Origin: the human T2T-CHM13v2.0 reference genome, Homo sapiens
Length of the DNA: 64,000 bases
Assembly (NCBI RefSeq): GCF_009914755.1
Contig: NC_060936.1
Strand: one strand, 5' to 3'
The position numbers were made by a program, and so were the translations under genes. Below, in pieces: positions 40,336 to 56,170 of the stretch. A model generated the notes under the pieces. It saw only the letters and a program-made list of their open reading frames with translations, did no database searches and had not been told where the DNA came from. The stretch's first letter is position 1; the number at the start of each line of letters is the position of its first letter.

Positions 40336-43300
40336 CTACAGAAGAAAAAGAGAGAGAGGGAGAAAGAATACTGTGAATAATAAAATAAACGTACCATTCA
40401 GAAAGTACATATATTCAGATATGGTATTTTTCCTATGAGCATTTTGTTTAGTGCACTGGAATATTTAAAGAAAGAAGCTGTCACCTCAGATTTCATTACT
40501 TTTTAGGGGAGAAATGACAGATACTACATATAAGTGATCTCACCTTCAGTATGTCCAAGGACTCAAAGCAAATAAGAGCCATCCAAATTTACTTTATTCC
40601 AATGTCTATAGAAGGCAAGTATAACATATTATCTAGTTAAGAGCTCTTTATATTCTACTTTAAATTTACACAGTGTGTTACAAAAGGATGCTTCATATAC
40701 ACAGTAATTTTCTACTATCCATATTGGTTCAAGCCCTGTATGCCTCTTTCTTTGATTTCTTGAAATGGGCACCCGAAACAATTTTTCTGAGTGTTAGGTG
40801 GGTAGAAGTACAGAAAAGGCACTGAAAGGCAACGGGAAAAAAGTACTTGAAGAAGATTATCTGGTCAGTCTACCTACATTGATAAAAATTAACTGGATGC
40901 TTGCCAGAAGTTCACTTTACTTCATGATATGTAAACACAGACAAATCTCAAATTATCTTGACGACTAAGGTTTTAAAGAATACTGCCTAAAACACATATT
41001 CTTCCACTAAGCCATTACTTATTCTTATTAAATAAGCAATAAAATTGTCCAAGTAATTAATAAAAGAAAAATTTTACTTTGATAATGATAGCCGTATGAT
41101 GTATTATCCTAAAACAAGGAAGTTGCTTTAAATTCAAATATTACATCAAATATTTAATTATTACTCTTTTCATTTTCCTTTCACAACTTTGTTAAAATTT
41201 TAAATAACTATGTAAGAAAATAATTATTAAATATATCATATATTTAAATTACTAAATATTTAATTATACATTTAATATTAAATAAATTTTACACACACAC
41301 ACACACATCCCAGTTTCTTATTTCTCATTTGTCTTGAGATTCCATGGATAGCGTTTACAATGCAAGCTAGAATTTCTACAATGAAGCAAGAAAAAATGCT
41401 CTCAAGGAGAAGTACTGTGAAATAGTTATCTGGATTATCTTGATTTTTTTTCTGAAAGAGAAATTCCAAACAACAAAATTGCTCATGATAAGCCACAGAT
41501 CCTGATTAGCAGTGTCTCTCTCTAAATAAAATAATGAAAACTGAAGACAGCACACATTTATGTGAAAATACACATACATAAGTCTCCAGATACTATAACC
41601 TAAATAAAAATACATTAAAGTTATCGATAAAAATTATGGCTTAATTTTATGCAAATTAATGTAAAATATATCCCAGAGAAAACTAAAAGACCAGAAAAAT
41701 ATTTTTATATTAATAATTGTCTCATAAGGGTTTTATGTGTTGGAATAATTACATCTTTTCTTACCCCAGCCAACTGGAAAGAATAAAAATGATTGTCTTC
41801 AATTACATAAACATTAAAAGGATAATTCACTTCAAAAAGGAAGACTTGAGAGTTTACTATTTAAAGAAAAATGATCAGAATTGATCCATTTCTCCCATCT
41901 GTCTTAAAAATCTATGCATTATATACTGCAATTTAAAAAGCACTTCTTTCTGGCATCATTCTAAACTACTTATAAAGTCTTTAAGAAAATAACCAGTTAT
42001 CCTAGGATATCACTTTACAGATTAAAACTCTGACCAGTAGAATGCATGTACTAATATTGAATTTAAAAACTATATGTATATTCACAAGTTAACTAGATAA
42101 CTATATTACATTTTATGAATTTCATATTGTATTGTATATTGTATTCTTGTCTTTAAAAATGATTTCACTGGGTATTATTACTAGAGGATAAAAGTTCCTA
42201 TTACTGATTCGTTATACACTAAAAATGAAATTATTTTATAATTACTAATGACATGGAACATACAATATCTGTGATAAAGAAAATGTGAACAAAACAGTTA
42301 TTCAAAATTTAATTTTGATTCTTCATATTACTGACAAAATTATTGGTTATTTGTGTTATTTAGATATTTAAATCGCTTAACCAAGTAGCCATTAAATGTG
42401 ATTCAATATTTAAATATTAGGCACCAGAGACAGTCATAATTTCCAAAGAAATATAAGAACTATTATTAAAAATACAAGTATAAAAACTCTAAAATAGTTT
42501 ATTGAATTAAAGGATTTAAAGGATGGAGAAGACACATATTTGGAAATAAAAGTTATACATATACTTTCATCGTTCAAATAAATATATTTACCCTTTTAAA
42601 TATGGAATTAAGGTGTATCTGAGTTAAATTGTCCTAAAAGAAATGCTTTTGAGTTGAAAGGGAAGAAACATTTGTAAAAGAGATAGACCCAGTTGAATAT
42701 GCAATATTTCTATAATAACAGTATAATATCATTTGCCTTGCTGGTATTTCTACAGAATACAGAGACGGAATGTAATTTATGATGAGAATTTCATAAACCT
42801 GCTATTCAGTTCGAGGATGGCTAACATTAGGTTGCTCTTCTCTCCCCCAAATTGCCCATAAACCCTTTCTCATATTTGGCTTCTGTGCAAGAGGACAAAT
42901 TTTAGAATTACTCTTCTCCAACTGTGATCAGTTTTCCACTATTCCCACATCACTGCATTTTCCACCAAGCATATCAGATTTTCCTGGTTCACCAAGGTAT
43001 TGAAGTAAGGCCAGGAAATATCTATTTCAACACATTTTGTGTCATAGATATGTTTTCCTAAAAGTTATATTCTAACACAAAAGCAAAAATGAACCCCGTC
43101 TTAGAGAATTTAACATACTTTGAGTCTGCTCAGATAAGATCAATCAGGAATTTTAATACTCTTGCATTCTAACTTGGCCATTTACAAGTTAATAGGAAAT
43201 TTCAGTAAAATTAAAGAAGCTGACAATAATTCTTCTATCTGGCTACATATGTAAGAGTGGATAATTTTTTTAAAATGCTGCTCTGACTTATTTTAATTCA

Positions 43301-43785
43301 CACTTTTAAAAAATTATGCTCCTTTTTCTCTCCATTAAAATATGTGTAGTGAATGATTTTAAAACAAATAAGCCAAGAAATGATGAGCAGTTTCCTTCTT
43401 TTATTAAACGTTCTTAAAGCAAAATCAAGCCTAATAACAGGTGTCTGCCCTAATAACAGGTGATGTCTACAGTCACAGAACCATTGGTTGACCTTGTAGA
43501 TGGGAAAGGGGCATGAAATCTAGTGACCACTGGAAGGCCACCTGAAATAACAAGCACCTGGAGAACTATACAATCCACTTATGTTTGTACGTATGTATGC
43601 CTGTATGTCTTAAAGTGAAAATCTGGTTAACATCTTTCTTTAAATAATAACAGATAAAACCCAAAGTTAAACATAAGGTATATTATGATGAATGTATTTT
43701 TATGATAGTGAAGTTGTCTAAAACATCGGAAACAAACAGGTGACACTAAACAAACTGATGACACTAAACATAAAAGGCTGAGCTG

Positions 43786-43940
43786 AGCCAGGTGTGGTGG
43801 CTCACACCTGTAACCTCAGCACTTTGGGAGGCAGAGACAGGAGGACTGCTTGAGCCTGGGAGTTTGAGACCAGCCTGGGCAACATAGTGAGACGTTGTCT
43901 CAAAAGAAAAAAGAAAAAAAAAAAAAAAAAAAAAAAAAAA
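43786..43940 (+). mobile_element. Free left Alu monomer (FLAM)
   Basis: Single arm ending gcaacatagtgagac..tgtctc plus A tail; perfect TSD aaaaggctgagctg. Confidence 0.92.
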
Positions 43941-44379
43941 GGCTGAGCTGAAAGAGAACACTCATTTCATTAGTTTAACCAGACTCACAGTATCTTAGCC
44001 TCGCAGAATAACAGAATAACTTGACTCTTACCTTGAAACTAATGTGTTAGGGATTGGATGTGATCTCTAAAACTTCACAACTCCTCAGAGCTTTCCAGTC
44101 TTTCTATTGCTTAAAACATTGCATTCTCATTCTCTTTCACTACCCTCATACCTGTACCTCCTTTAGACAATGAGTTTTTAAGGAAACAATTACAAATGAT
44201 TAGGTTAGAATTTATTATTGATTACTTCGTGTCTTCCTGGTACTCAAAGTTCATAAATATGTTTTTACATACATGTATATAAATATAAGCAACTCCTATT
44301 TTTGTCTCAAATTGCTCCATAACCTAGATTTTTGTCTCTTCAACATTTTAAGCTCCTTGAAAGATCATGCTTTCTACTT

Positions 44380-44610
44380 CTAGTGGAAAACTTAAAAAGC
44401 AAGAGCTTTGGACAAGGCAGAACTGAATTCTAATTGCAACTCTAAGCCATGTGACCTTGGGCAACTTCTCTGAGCCACAGTTCCTTAATATGTAAATTCA
44501 GGGATAAATGAAATTGACCTTATAAAGGTACTGTGAGAAATGAATCACATGATGTGTACAAAACACTCAGGAAAGCACATGGTAAAGAATGCCTGATCAA
44601 TAAAAAATAG
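44380..44610 (+). mobile_element. MIR
   Basis: gccatgtgaccttgggcaacttctctgagccacagttcc...tgtaaa core. Confidence 0.8.
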
Positions 44611-46919
44611 TTATAATTATTAATGGATTAAATACACAAAGTAAGAAACTAGGCAACATATATGTGCTGACTCTGGACTATTATTGATATAGCAGAGGAG
44701 AGAGAAAGTGTACAAACATAGTTTCTGCCTTAAGTCAAGACTGATAAACAGAAAACAATGAGACTATAAGTATACTGTAACTGTATGTCACTGTCGAAGG
44801 TGTTAAGAGAGAAGAAATGCATCAGTGTGTTCAGGTATGTTTTCATAGAAGAAATGGAGTTAAGGTGGACATAGAAAAAGGAGATGGCATTCTAGGAAGG
44901 CAGTACAATTAAAAGAAAGGCATGAGAGCAGGAATGAGCTAGTTGCTGCAAGGGAAATATAGAGATTGGTGTGGAACAGTGAGTGGTAGAAAGGGCAATG
45001 CATACATAGCCATGTTAGAGGAAAATAACATTAGTTTTGTAGGCTACACTCACCTTATGGAAGCTTTTGAAACATAAGCAAAAGAGTTTTAATTGAATAT
45101 GTAGTAAGAGAAAGCCACTGACTGTTTGAGAGCAATATATATGATGTTTTTTAGCCAGAATATTGATAAGACAGAAATATCAGCTATGAAATTATCAACA
45201 TTTAACAGTGATAATGCTGATCATAGGAACTTGAATTGCAGTAACAGTTGTGAAATGAAGACGGAAAAAATAATTTCAAGTTCATAGCATACTGGGCACA
45301 TAAAAATTGCCAATTAACTGGGGAAAAGAAAAGACAAACAGAGGAACAGGATGATAATACAATGTATATGAAGTCTTCATAAGTATGTAAGTAATCTCAC
45401 CCATCATCTATTCTCATTTGTGTATATTCATCATTTATCCTTTTAAGAAAGCCAAAACACATATACTATATTTTTCTTTTATTTCTTTCTTTCCTTCTTG
45501 ACAAAGGAAGTATTAATTCACACAGAGAGGATTTCCCTGAATGACTAGATCCATTCAATCATGAACTTCCCCTAAAGTGTGGCTCAATAAAACACTTTTA
45601 AAAAATTATGAAAAGTGTGATCAGTTCTCCACCACCACCAACATAAGCTTGAATTGTATCTAACTTACTCAAGTCTAATCAGTAGTTTTTCTTATAATTT
45701 ATTATTATGTGCACCAAATCACTGCTGGGCAGTGGGCTGGCAGTTCATTAACAGGCATTCTTTCTGCTCATCTCTAATGGCCCACTATGGGGCTAGAAAA
45801 GGTCTGGCAGGATAACAGATATTTTAACTTGTACTAATTAATTGTTGCTATTTTGGGAAAAAAAATAGTATAATTGTATTTGGATGACATAGCTTTTATG
45901 CTATGGTTAGAATCAATAGTATTAAATCAATCATGCTTTTATGAAGATACCCATAAAAATACCTTAAGCAAGTACTTTTCAGTGTGAGGAGTAGAGAAAT
46001 TCTACAATCAGCTTATTTAAATTCTAAGCTAGTCTATTTCATTAATACCTAGAGGTGGTAAATTCTTGCCACTTTTCAATAATAGGTTACTTTCCCCAAA
46101 TTGCTAAAAACACAACTTCTCTGATTGACTACTAGTCCACTGTCTAACCGCCATCTGGAGTATTTGGATTCAGTGCATTAGGCACTGACAAAAATATCTA
46201 TCAAGATTTATTGCCCCAAACCATTTACTGACCAGTAAACTCCTTGAAGGCAGAGATTATGTCCCTGCTAATCAATGCTTTATCAGAAAATTTTAAAAAC
46301 AAGGAACAGTAAAATTGAACAAATGCAGAAAATGACTATGTAAAATATTATTAATATAGATCTCTTGTACATATTTAATATATTTCATAATAGTGACTAT
46401 ACATAAAACAAATTTTTAAAATCCAAAATGAATTTGGCATGCTTGTACAATCCAAAGAATTAGAAAGAAAGGCTCATTAGTAATATAGATAAAATTCACA
46501 TTCATTCACTCATTTCATTTGCTTGAGAGGAAAAAAATATGAATTTAAATCTTATCAGCATAAGAACAAAGTAAATTAATAACCTCATTGTAGTCATAAT
46601 CATAACAGTAACTGAATGTCTATTTGCAAAATAAATACCAAAAATGGGTGAAGATTATTTGAAAAAAGTTAAAAGTATCTTTTCAAAAGGCAACAGAACC
46701 AAGAGTTGAAGCATATGGATATTCTGCAGTATTTTGGAAAAGACAGATGACAAATGCCTTCTTTTTGATAAATAAATATACACAATTTACTTGCCGAATC
46801 TTAAATATTTGTTATTTAGAAAGTAAAAGATATTTAGTAGGAGTTACGGTTGCTGGTAGGTATAAGCTGTTTCTTTGGGATCCTTTTAGTTTGCTTAAAG
46901 TTTAATTTTCTATTTTATA

Positions 46920-47161
46920 AAATTATTATTTGACCAATGTCTCCTCTTTCCCCCTTGCCTTCTACCCTGGTAATCACTATTCTACTCTCTCCTTCCATGA
47001 GTTTGACTGTTTTAGATTCCACAGGTAAATGAGATCACATGGTATTTGTCTTTCTGTGCCTTGCTTATTTCACTTAACAGAATATGCTTCAGGTTTATCC
47101 ATGTTTTCACAAATAACAGGATTTTTTTTTCAAGGCTGAAAAGTATTCCATCGTGTGTGTG

Positions 47162-47194
<33 letters not shown>

Positions 47195-47372
47195 ATTTAT
47201 ACATATATCTCACATTTTCTGTATCCATTTATCTACTGATGGACAATAAGGTTGATTCCATGTCTTGGTTATCGTAAATAATGCTGCAATCAACACTGGA
47301 GTACAGATATCTCTTCAACATGCTGATTTCATTTCCTTTGGATACATGCCCAGAAGCGGGATTGCTGGATCT
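46920..47372 (-). mobile_element. L1MA-type 3' fragment containing (TG)n at 47153-47193
   Basis: cactattctactctct...ttagattccaca..taaatgagatcac, tttcctttggatacatgcccagaagcgggattgctggatc. Confidence 0.85.
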
Positions 47373-48019
47373 TTAATTTTTATTTTAACTGGGATCTTGC
47401 TACAGGTCTCCCTTTTGTGTGCCCAGGCAATCTGGATAAAGGCACAGGAGACAGAGATGATGCCATATACAGTCACTTACCCAGGAGCCAGCAGCATATG
47501 ACAGTGTATGGTTTGATCCAACTATTTTCCTTTACTTCAGGCATGGATTAGGAGATGGAGATATTTCTACCTTATTGTGAAGACAGTGCAAAGTATGTTA
47601 TGTCCACCATCCTCTCTCTACCCTTACTCTCCCCCTTTTCATCCTCCCTACATTTCTTCTCCCCCAAATCACCAACTTCATTAAACTTCATAGGAGAGCT
47701 GGGCACAAAAGGCATTTTAAATTAAAAAAAAAAAAACACATTAAGATTACAACTGAAATATGTCTTTCTTAAGTACTGTATGATAAAACATACTGATTCC
47801 TAAAGATAATTTGTGAACTTTTTACACTGTTATTATCTGAATGGAGAGTGATAAGAGCATGCATACCATTTAATACTATTTTTGTGAAATTGTTTAAAAT
47901 TATTTTTATACGTATTATCCTTTTCTCCCAGTGTAATCTCATATCAAACACCAGTATATAAAACAGAGAAAGGAGAGGTATGCCATAAATGAATATCAAT
48001 AAAATATATTAAAAATATG

Positions 48020-48110
48020 TAAAATTTATTGATATACATTAGATGTACATATTTTGAGGGTACATGTGATAATTTGATACATTCATATAATCCAAGTCAG
48101 GTCATTGAGA
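48020..48110 (-). mobile_element. Short L1MA-type 3' end
   Basis: tgatatacattagatgtacatattttgagggtacatgtgataatttgatacattcatataat. Confidence 0.7.
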
Positions 48111-49069
48111 TTTTTAAGTATTTTATTAAAATGTGACCAATGAGATTGTTTAGTTCACCCCAAGAGTTTAAGTAGGCATAAGGAAAAAGTTGTAATCCTT
48201 TTTCATCCTCAGTGATAAAGTCCTCACTCAAAAATAAATAGCTGTCACTTCTAAAATTGCACATAAACAAATATATAGACTTACATCTTCTAAAAGAACA
48301 TTATAGAGCTAAAATCTTGATGATTAATAGCACCTCCCAGGTCAAATATACTTATAAAAATGGAAGATTTCTTTTGAGTCCAGGGTTTGAAATGTGGCAA
48401 GAACAATTAACATATATGCAATGTGTTAAATATTTGGAATAGAGATTTTAAAATATATGTCATCTATTATGATTTAAAAAAATTGTTGAATATGACCTGT
48501 TAAAGTTTAAATAAAACCTAAAAAGATATGTACTATATATATTTGACGGAAAAGTATTTGTTTATTTCTTCTTTCTCTTCCTGTTTTTAAGAGGAGGAAC
48601 AGGGAATATCATTTGTGAGCAAAAATTCAGAAAGCAATTTCAAGGCTCCATAAGTGTTATCTTTATAGCTTAATTTCAGCTTCCTAATGTAACTTAAATG
48701 TGGAGTTTAAAGAGAAACTAATGTACTGGAGAAAATCTTTCAAAACACAGCAGCATGTTTCAGTATGAATAAATTTGCTTTGCCCATTATTTTTCATAAT
48801 GTTTTTTCACATTATCATAGAAAATTATCATAGCAACTTGAGTTTAAACATGGACTTTCCCTAACACTGTCAGCATTTCTTTTGCATGTTCTTCAAGTGT
48901 AATGCATGAAAACCACGATAGGCCTTCACTGTGCTGAATACCAGGACAGAAGTACAGATAGGAACTCACATGTCGAAGGTATAAAAATTTATAATTCATA
49001 AGTCAATGAACTGCCTAATTAAACATGTTTCATTCTCCCGTCTTGACAAACCTATTTTCAAAATGACCT

Positions 49070-49726
49070 GGATGCAAATCAAAAGCAGAAGAGATACTGC
49101 TTCACACCCATTAGGACGACTCCTATCAAAAGAGAAAAAAAAAAAAGCACCAGAAAGTAACAAATGCTGGCAAGGATGTGGAGGAATTGGAAACTTGTAT
49201 ATCGCTGATGGGACTGTGCAATGCTCCTGTCACTGTGAAAAATAATATGGTGGTTCCTCAAAAAATTAATGATAGAATTACTATATAACCTGGTAATTTT
49301 ACTTTTGGTCATACACAAAAAAGAATTGAAAGCAGGATCTCAAAAAGATATCTGTACACCCATGTTCACAGCAGAATTATTCACAACAGCCCAAAGGTAG
49401 AAACAATTCAAATGTCCACTGATGGATGAATGGATAAACAAACTGTGCTATATACACACAATGAATTATTATTCAGCCTTAGAAAGAAATGAAATTCTGG
49501 CACATGGTACAACATGGATAAACCTTAAAGGTATTATGCTATGCTAAGCAAATAAGCCACTCACCAAATAACAAATATAGTATGATTCCATTTATATGAA
49601 TTACCTAGAGAAATTAAATTCATAGAGACAGAAAGCAGAATGGTGGTTTTCAGGGGCTCAGGGGAGGGAGGAATTAGGAAGTTAGTGTTTAATGACTACG
49701 GACCTTCAGTTTGGAAATCTGGAGGA
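49070..49726 (+). mobile_element. L1MB-type fragment (ORF2 end and 3'UTR)
   Basis: atgcaaatcaaaa...cttcacaccca, tgtacacccatgttcacagcag, attcatagagacagaaagcagaatggtgg. Confidence 0.9.
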
Positions 49727-50229
49727 CAGGTTTGAATTTAGAATTCTTGGTCTCCTTGCAGCTCCATGTCAAAACCTGGTGGCCCAAGGACAGCAGGTTT
49801 GGGCCTGCGCCTGTGTCCCTCCTCTTCCCACCCCTAGCTCCATTCAAGAGACAAGGAATCGCTTCTGTCCTAAATAGGCTCATCATCTTGACTTCGACTG
49901 ACTTGTAAAGAGCTTCTGAAGTGGGGGCCAGGATCTGACATGGCTGCAGTCCTGCTACATATGTCCTCAAGGAAGTGCAGGATGAAGTTAAAATGCAAGA
50001 ATATTCCAGGCAGAAGGAACATCACGTGCAAAGCCATAAAGTTAACCTTCAAATCAACCAACAAAATATGTTTATTAGCATTTAAGACTTTTCTGTACAC
50101 AGCAGAAGACCCTCCTCCCCCTTTTTGAAATAACACATTCCTTTTACTTCTCTTTGGCCAGATGTGAGGTAAAGCTATTTTGTTGTCCCCACTACTGGGG
50201 CAATGCTGGAAGAGACTGTAGAAAAAGAG

Positions 50230-51137
<908 letters not shown>

Positions 51138-51575
51138 TGTTTTATTTTAAATTTTTTAATTTTAGGTCCAGGGGTACATGTGCAGGCTTGTTATACAGGT
51201 AAACTTGTGTCAGGGGAATTGTTGTGTAGATTATTTTGTCACCCAGATATTAAGCCTAGTACCCAATTGTTATTTTTTTCTGTTCTTCTCCCTTTTCCCA
51301 TTCTCTACCTTCAAATAGGCCCCAGTGACTCTTGTTCCCCTCTGTGTGTCCAGAAGTTCTTATCATTTAGCTCTCACTTATAGGTGAGAACATGCAGTAT
51401 TTGGTTTTCTCTTCCTGTGCTAGTTTGCTAACGATAATGGCCTCCAGTTCCATTTATGTTCCTGCAAAAGACACGATCTCATTCTTTTTTTATGGCTGTA
51501 TAGTATTCCATGGTGTATATGCACCACATTTATCCAATTTATATTTCTTTAGGTATATGCCCAATAATGGGATTG
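51138..51575 (-). mobile_element. Older L1PA 3' fragment
   Basis: ggggtacatgtgcaggcttgttatacaggtaaac, tgagaacatgcagtatttggttttct, tatggctgtatagtattccatggtgtatatg. Confidence 0.88.
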
Positions 51576-52649
51576 TATTTATATCCCGTAATGTATTTTA
51601 CAAATTGAGCTGCCTTATTATTGAGTGGTAAAACTTCTTTATATATTTGAATTTGACTTTAAAGGGTAAAACCTATCAGAGAGACTGTGCAAGAGTCCAG
51701 TTTAATAGTACTGTATAGCTATTATCAAAATATTCATAATAATAAACACCATAATGGTGGAAAAAGGTAATACATATAGATAGTTACCTCTCAAATGAAT
51801 TTTTTATATACTTACACAAAAAGTAATTTTTTATTCTTTAATTTTCAAAAATCCTAACAGAGGAGAGGTACAATGAGGGTTCTAAAGGGATATGTGTTCT
51901 TTGTATCCGTCAAGGAATACTGGGCATGCCAAGGTAGGACTCTGAACATTGACGACTTTCATTAACCACTAAGGTGACGCCTGGAAAAAATGAAGAGTAG
52001 ACAGGGCTGACAGCCAGCTCTCAGGACTGAGACTCTTGGTCAAACCTGAGCGGAAAGGGACAGGGGTAGAGAATAGATGGAAAGAATTCTCCGCTAACCT
52101 CCTAAGTGGTTAATCCACAGAAGTGGGTGGAGGCTGGGATTGTGAAACATTTCTCCTGCTGCTTCCCCAGTTCTATCACAGACCATGGGGGAAAAGTGAT
52201 TGGGGAAAGGTGCCTAGAGGAAAGTGGGAAGGGTTGTCACTTAATTTCCAGTCTGGAGTCCCCGTTGGGGAAGAATTCCTCCTGAAGGGAGTAAGGAAGG
52301 GTATACTAAGGAATAGAGTCACCGGGAGGAGCAACTTCACATACACATAATCTGAGAGATTTAAAATCTTTTGTATTTGTACACAAATTCTAATGAAACT
52401 TGATGGCAAGAAAAAAATGTATTACAGTGAAAGAATGAACAAACTCAGACTTGCTATAGATTTGTCCATATGAAGGAGAGCTAACAGCTGTTATGTCAGT
52501 GGAGCATAATTGAAAAAACAAAGTTGCAGTTGTTGGGTGTATAAGGGTTTGAATTATCAGGTCAAGCAAGAAAATGACTTGAGTGGACAAAGGCCTCAAA
52601 AGGCTGAAGAGTTAGTTGGTATCACCAGAGGTTAGTGACTGTCTGCTGA

Positions 52650-52947
52650 GGCTCAAGCCTGTAATCCCAGAACTCTGAGAGGCCAAGGTGGGACGATCAC
52701 TTGAGGGCAGGAGTTTGAGACGAGCCTGGGCAACATAGCGAAACCCCATTTCAACAAAAACTTAAAAATAAAATAAAATTAGCTGGGCATAATGGCATGT
52801 GCAGTCCTAGTTACTTAGGATGCTGAGACAGGGGGATTGCTTGAGCCCAGCAGTTCAAGGCTGCAGTGAGCTGTGATTGTGGCACTGCACTCCAGGCCTG
52901 GGCAATAGAACAAGACTCTGTCTCAAGAAAAAAAAAAAAAAAAAAAA
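52650..52947 (+). mobile_element. AluJ-type SINE, 5' end degraded
   Basis: gcctgggcaacatagcg, ttgagcccagcagttcaaggctgcagtgagctgtgatt; A tail. Confidence 0.92.
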
Positions 52948-55059
52948 GATAGATGGCAGGAGGATAAGCCATCAGGGGAAAAATGTTACCAACTTCAGAA
53001 ATGAAATTTTCTGCCTTCAGAGAAAACAGGTGAGCCACTGGGAAGCATGCTTGGTGAAATAGGGGGCTTGGAGGTATGGGCTCCAAGGCATAAATTATTA
53101 TTATGACCCACACTTCCTTGAAAATATCACTCTTGCCTGATATAACTTGGAAAAGCTTGGATACAAAAGTAAATAATTACATCTGGCTATAGTTTGGGTT
53201 TTACTGTTAAAAAGCTATAGTGAATACATGTACAGAAGATATAATGTAATTTATTTAAAGCTGCTATCACCAAATATTAATAATACATAGACAATCTTGA
53301 TTTTTCTATTGCAAATTCAGTCTTACTCAGTGTGATACTTGGATAGAATATGAAGCTATCAATGAGGGGTGGAGTGTTAGGAGGGTGTGAAGACAGCATC
53401 CTGCTAAAAATTAAAGATACATTTGAACTTACTTAAATCTTAAGACCTTTTTCACAGGTATGATGCTCTCATGCTGTCTCTGTCACACTGCAGATACTAA
53501 AGCCTATAAATAAGAAACACTTCAAATGCACGGGGTTTTAAAAGGCTTTCTTCATTACACACCAATAAATCTTAAACAGCTAGAAAAAAAAAACATTTTG
53601 ACTTTTATAATTGAAGCAGTTCCTTAAAGAACCAGATATATTTTGCGAGAGTCATGTAAGAACACCCCAACTGATAGTTTCTCTTTCGCTCACTCCCTCC
53701 CTGTATTTCTACTCCATAAGCCATCTTCGTGTACTGCACAGTAATCCATTACAATATGTTCCAACATCTGCCTCCCCATATGATGTATGACCTATTCGAT
53801 TGACCCTTTTTATGCCGCTCCAGACTTGCTGTTTGTTACTGTGGGAGGATGAACACTCTGCATCTATTCCTGAGGTCACCAACCAGCAAATACATCTCCA
53901 TCTGGCAAGGTAAGAAGGACACTGGCTGGAAGGCTCTTCAGATCTCTCTATGTATCAGTGATTATACTTATATCTTTAATTAGTTTAATTTAGGGAAAAA
54001 TATTGCTGAAATTCCCTTCAAAGCAACGGTAAGAAGAGAAATGCTTGTTCATCAGGAGAAAAATTTCTGTGGTTACTAAATTTCATTATTTAATTTGGGT
54101 ATTATGAGAATTACAGTATTATCAGAAAGAGTTCTAAAGCAAACACTTGTCTTTGGCTAAGTTCATATTTGTGAAATCACTGTTCAGTGTATCCCAACAG
54201 ATTGGGGGGTAGTAATCAAGCCATTTTTAAACAGCATTCTAACTCAATATAAAGACAATTTGAGTTATTTCATATTAAATCAGACTACATATTATTTTGC
54301 ATGTCAAAAAACATACTTCCAGAGTACATACTTGCTGGAGGCTTGCAAATACTTGAAACACATAAGGGGAGGAAGTACAAGAACCACGATTTTCTCCATG
54401 ACTACGATATGTTAATCATTTTGCTAGAAGCTTGCATACTATTTCAGGGATCACCATAACAATTTTGTGAGTTTGGTGAGAAAGATGAAAAACGAATTGA
54501 ACAGTGGTTCAATAACTTGCCAAAGGTTAAACAACTGGTAGTATCAGAAGTCCAAGTGGCCCTGAAATTCTTCTGTGATGTAATGCTACTATGGGAAAAC
54601 ACTTTCCAGATAAAATGTTCTATGATTAAATTCATCTCTTTTGCAGTGGGATAGAGGTGGAATCCCCCACCTGCTGGCCAGTGAAAAAAGGAATTTCCCC
54701 TGAACTCTGAGTCAAAAATAATAGTTTCCAAGGCCAAGGGTTAAAGGCTTCAAGAGTGAAAGACTTCTTGAGTCAGTAGTAGCAGAACTCAACGCTCCCT
54801 GAAGAAACCACAAAGTCACTTAAGTTTGCTATTATTGTTGTTGTTTTGGTTGCTGTTTTGTTTTGCTGTTATTACTAACAAACAACACATATGAGAGGTT
54901 TTAAAAAAGGACTGCTTCCTACGGATTCCGCTCTTACTTTTTTCTTCCTCCTTCCCTCATAAACCTTTAAGATTAAGAAAGTATCACATACAAATATTAG
55001 TTTTGGCTCTTTGAGTATACAAATTATGCTAAATAAAACTACATTTCAGGGGAAATCTG

Positions 55060-55320
55060 GACAGAGAATAACAGCAGCAATAATAATCATAATAGCTGAA
55101 GTTTATAGAATGCTTACTGTGAGACATGTCCATGTCATATCTCTTGGAACCTTCTCAACAACCTTAGGGAATAGGTATTATTTTTACTTTATGGAGCAGG
55201 ACATTGAAGCCAAGAAAGAGTAAAAGTCATCTGTCCAAAGTTGCATAGGTAAGAGATCAAGCTGAAGTTGGAATCCAAATCTTTTTGACTTTTTACAGAG
55301 CTCTTAACTCTTAGCCTATG
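55060..55320 (-). mobile_element. MIR
   Basis: ataatagct...tttatagaatgcttactgtg...tctcaacaacctta..ga.taggtattat. Confidence 0.7.
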
Positions 55321-55669
55321 TCTTAGGAATCTATTTTCTGGTCATTTTAATACAGTAGTAGGGTTTGTGTGCTCTGAAACAAAGAGACAAACCTGGGAAG
55401 GGTAATTCAGAAAGCACCTTTTATGGAGGCTGGGCTCTTCTGATAAAAAGCGATAGTATTGGGGATGCAGAACAAGAAAGAAATGTGAAGTGTCCAACAG
55501 GAAATTTTTCCTGGCATCTTTCATCCATTTACTTCCTTTTGGCTACTGCCAGTAAAAACCGCTTCAGTGTGGTTTTCTTCTCAATTTGATATGTATTTTA
55601 ACCATTTAAGTAATTGTAGGAAACAAGGTAATGCAATATGGAGAAAGCTGTTATACTTCTTATTATCTT

Positions 55670-56170
55670 TTATCATTCATGCTTTTATTCATGGAAAAAA
55701 ATTATAAAATGCCAGTTTCATTCTAGGTCTTTAGCTCCATAGAGCTTACATAGAACAAGAAAGCCATCAATGAAATAATTACACAAATGAAAAGTAAAAT
55801 CCCAAATGTGCAAAATACTACAAAATAGAAGTATATGGTGCTCTAAGAGCATGCAAGCGAGAGCTACACTACAGGCAGGCAAATCAGGAAAGACTTTCCT
55901 GTAACTATGAATACCTGGAGGTCAGAAGGATGAGCTGATATAATTACATACATACAGGAGGAAAAAAAACTGGCAGAAAAACTACGTGCTGGGAGGAAAC
56001 ATGACAAGTTTGTAGTGTCAGAAAGAAGCCAGTGAGACGCAGTGCAGTGGGAGAGATGTCTACAAAGGTAGATGGGAATATATAGTAATTTAATAAGAGG
56101 AATGACAGAATTAGATTTCTATTTCTACAAGATTAGTCTAGACATAATATGGAGAATAGATTGGGAGGGT
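55670..56170. mobile_element. L2 fragment
   Basis: ctccatagagcttaca, aatcaggaaagactttcctg, gaatgacagaattagattt. Confidence 0.55.

Noticed and set aside
45770-45860. Possible small-RNA (Y RNA-like) pseudogene
   Set aside because: No convincing match to recalled Y RNA sequences; no terminal stem, A tail or TSD.
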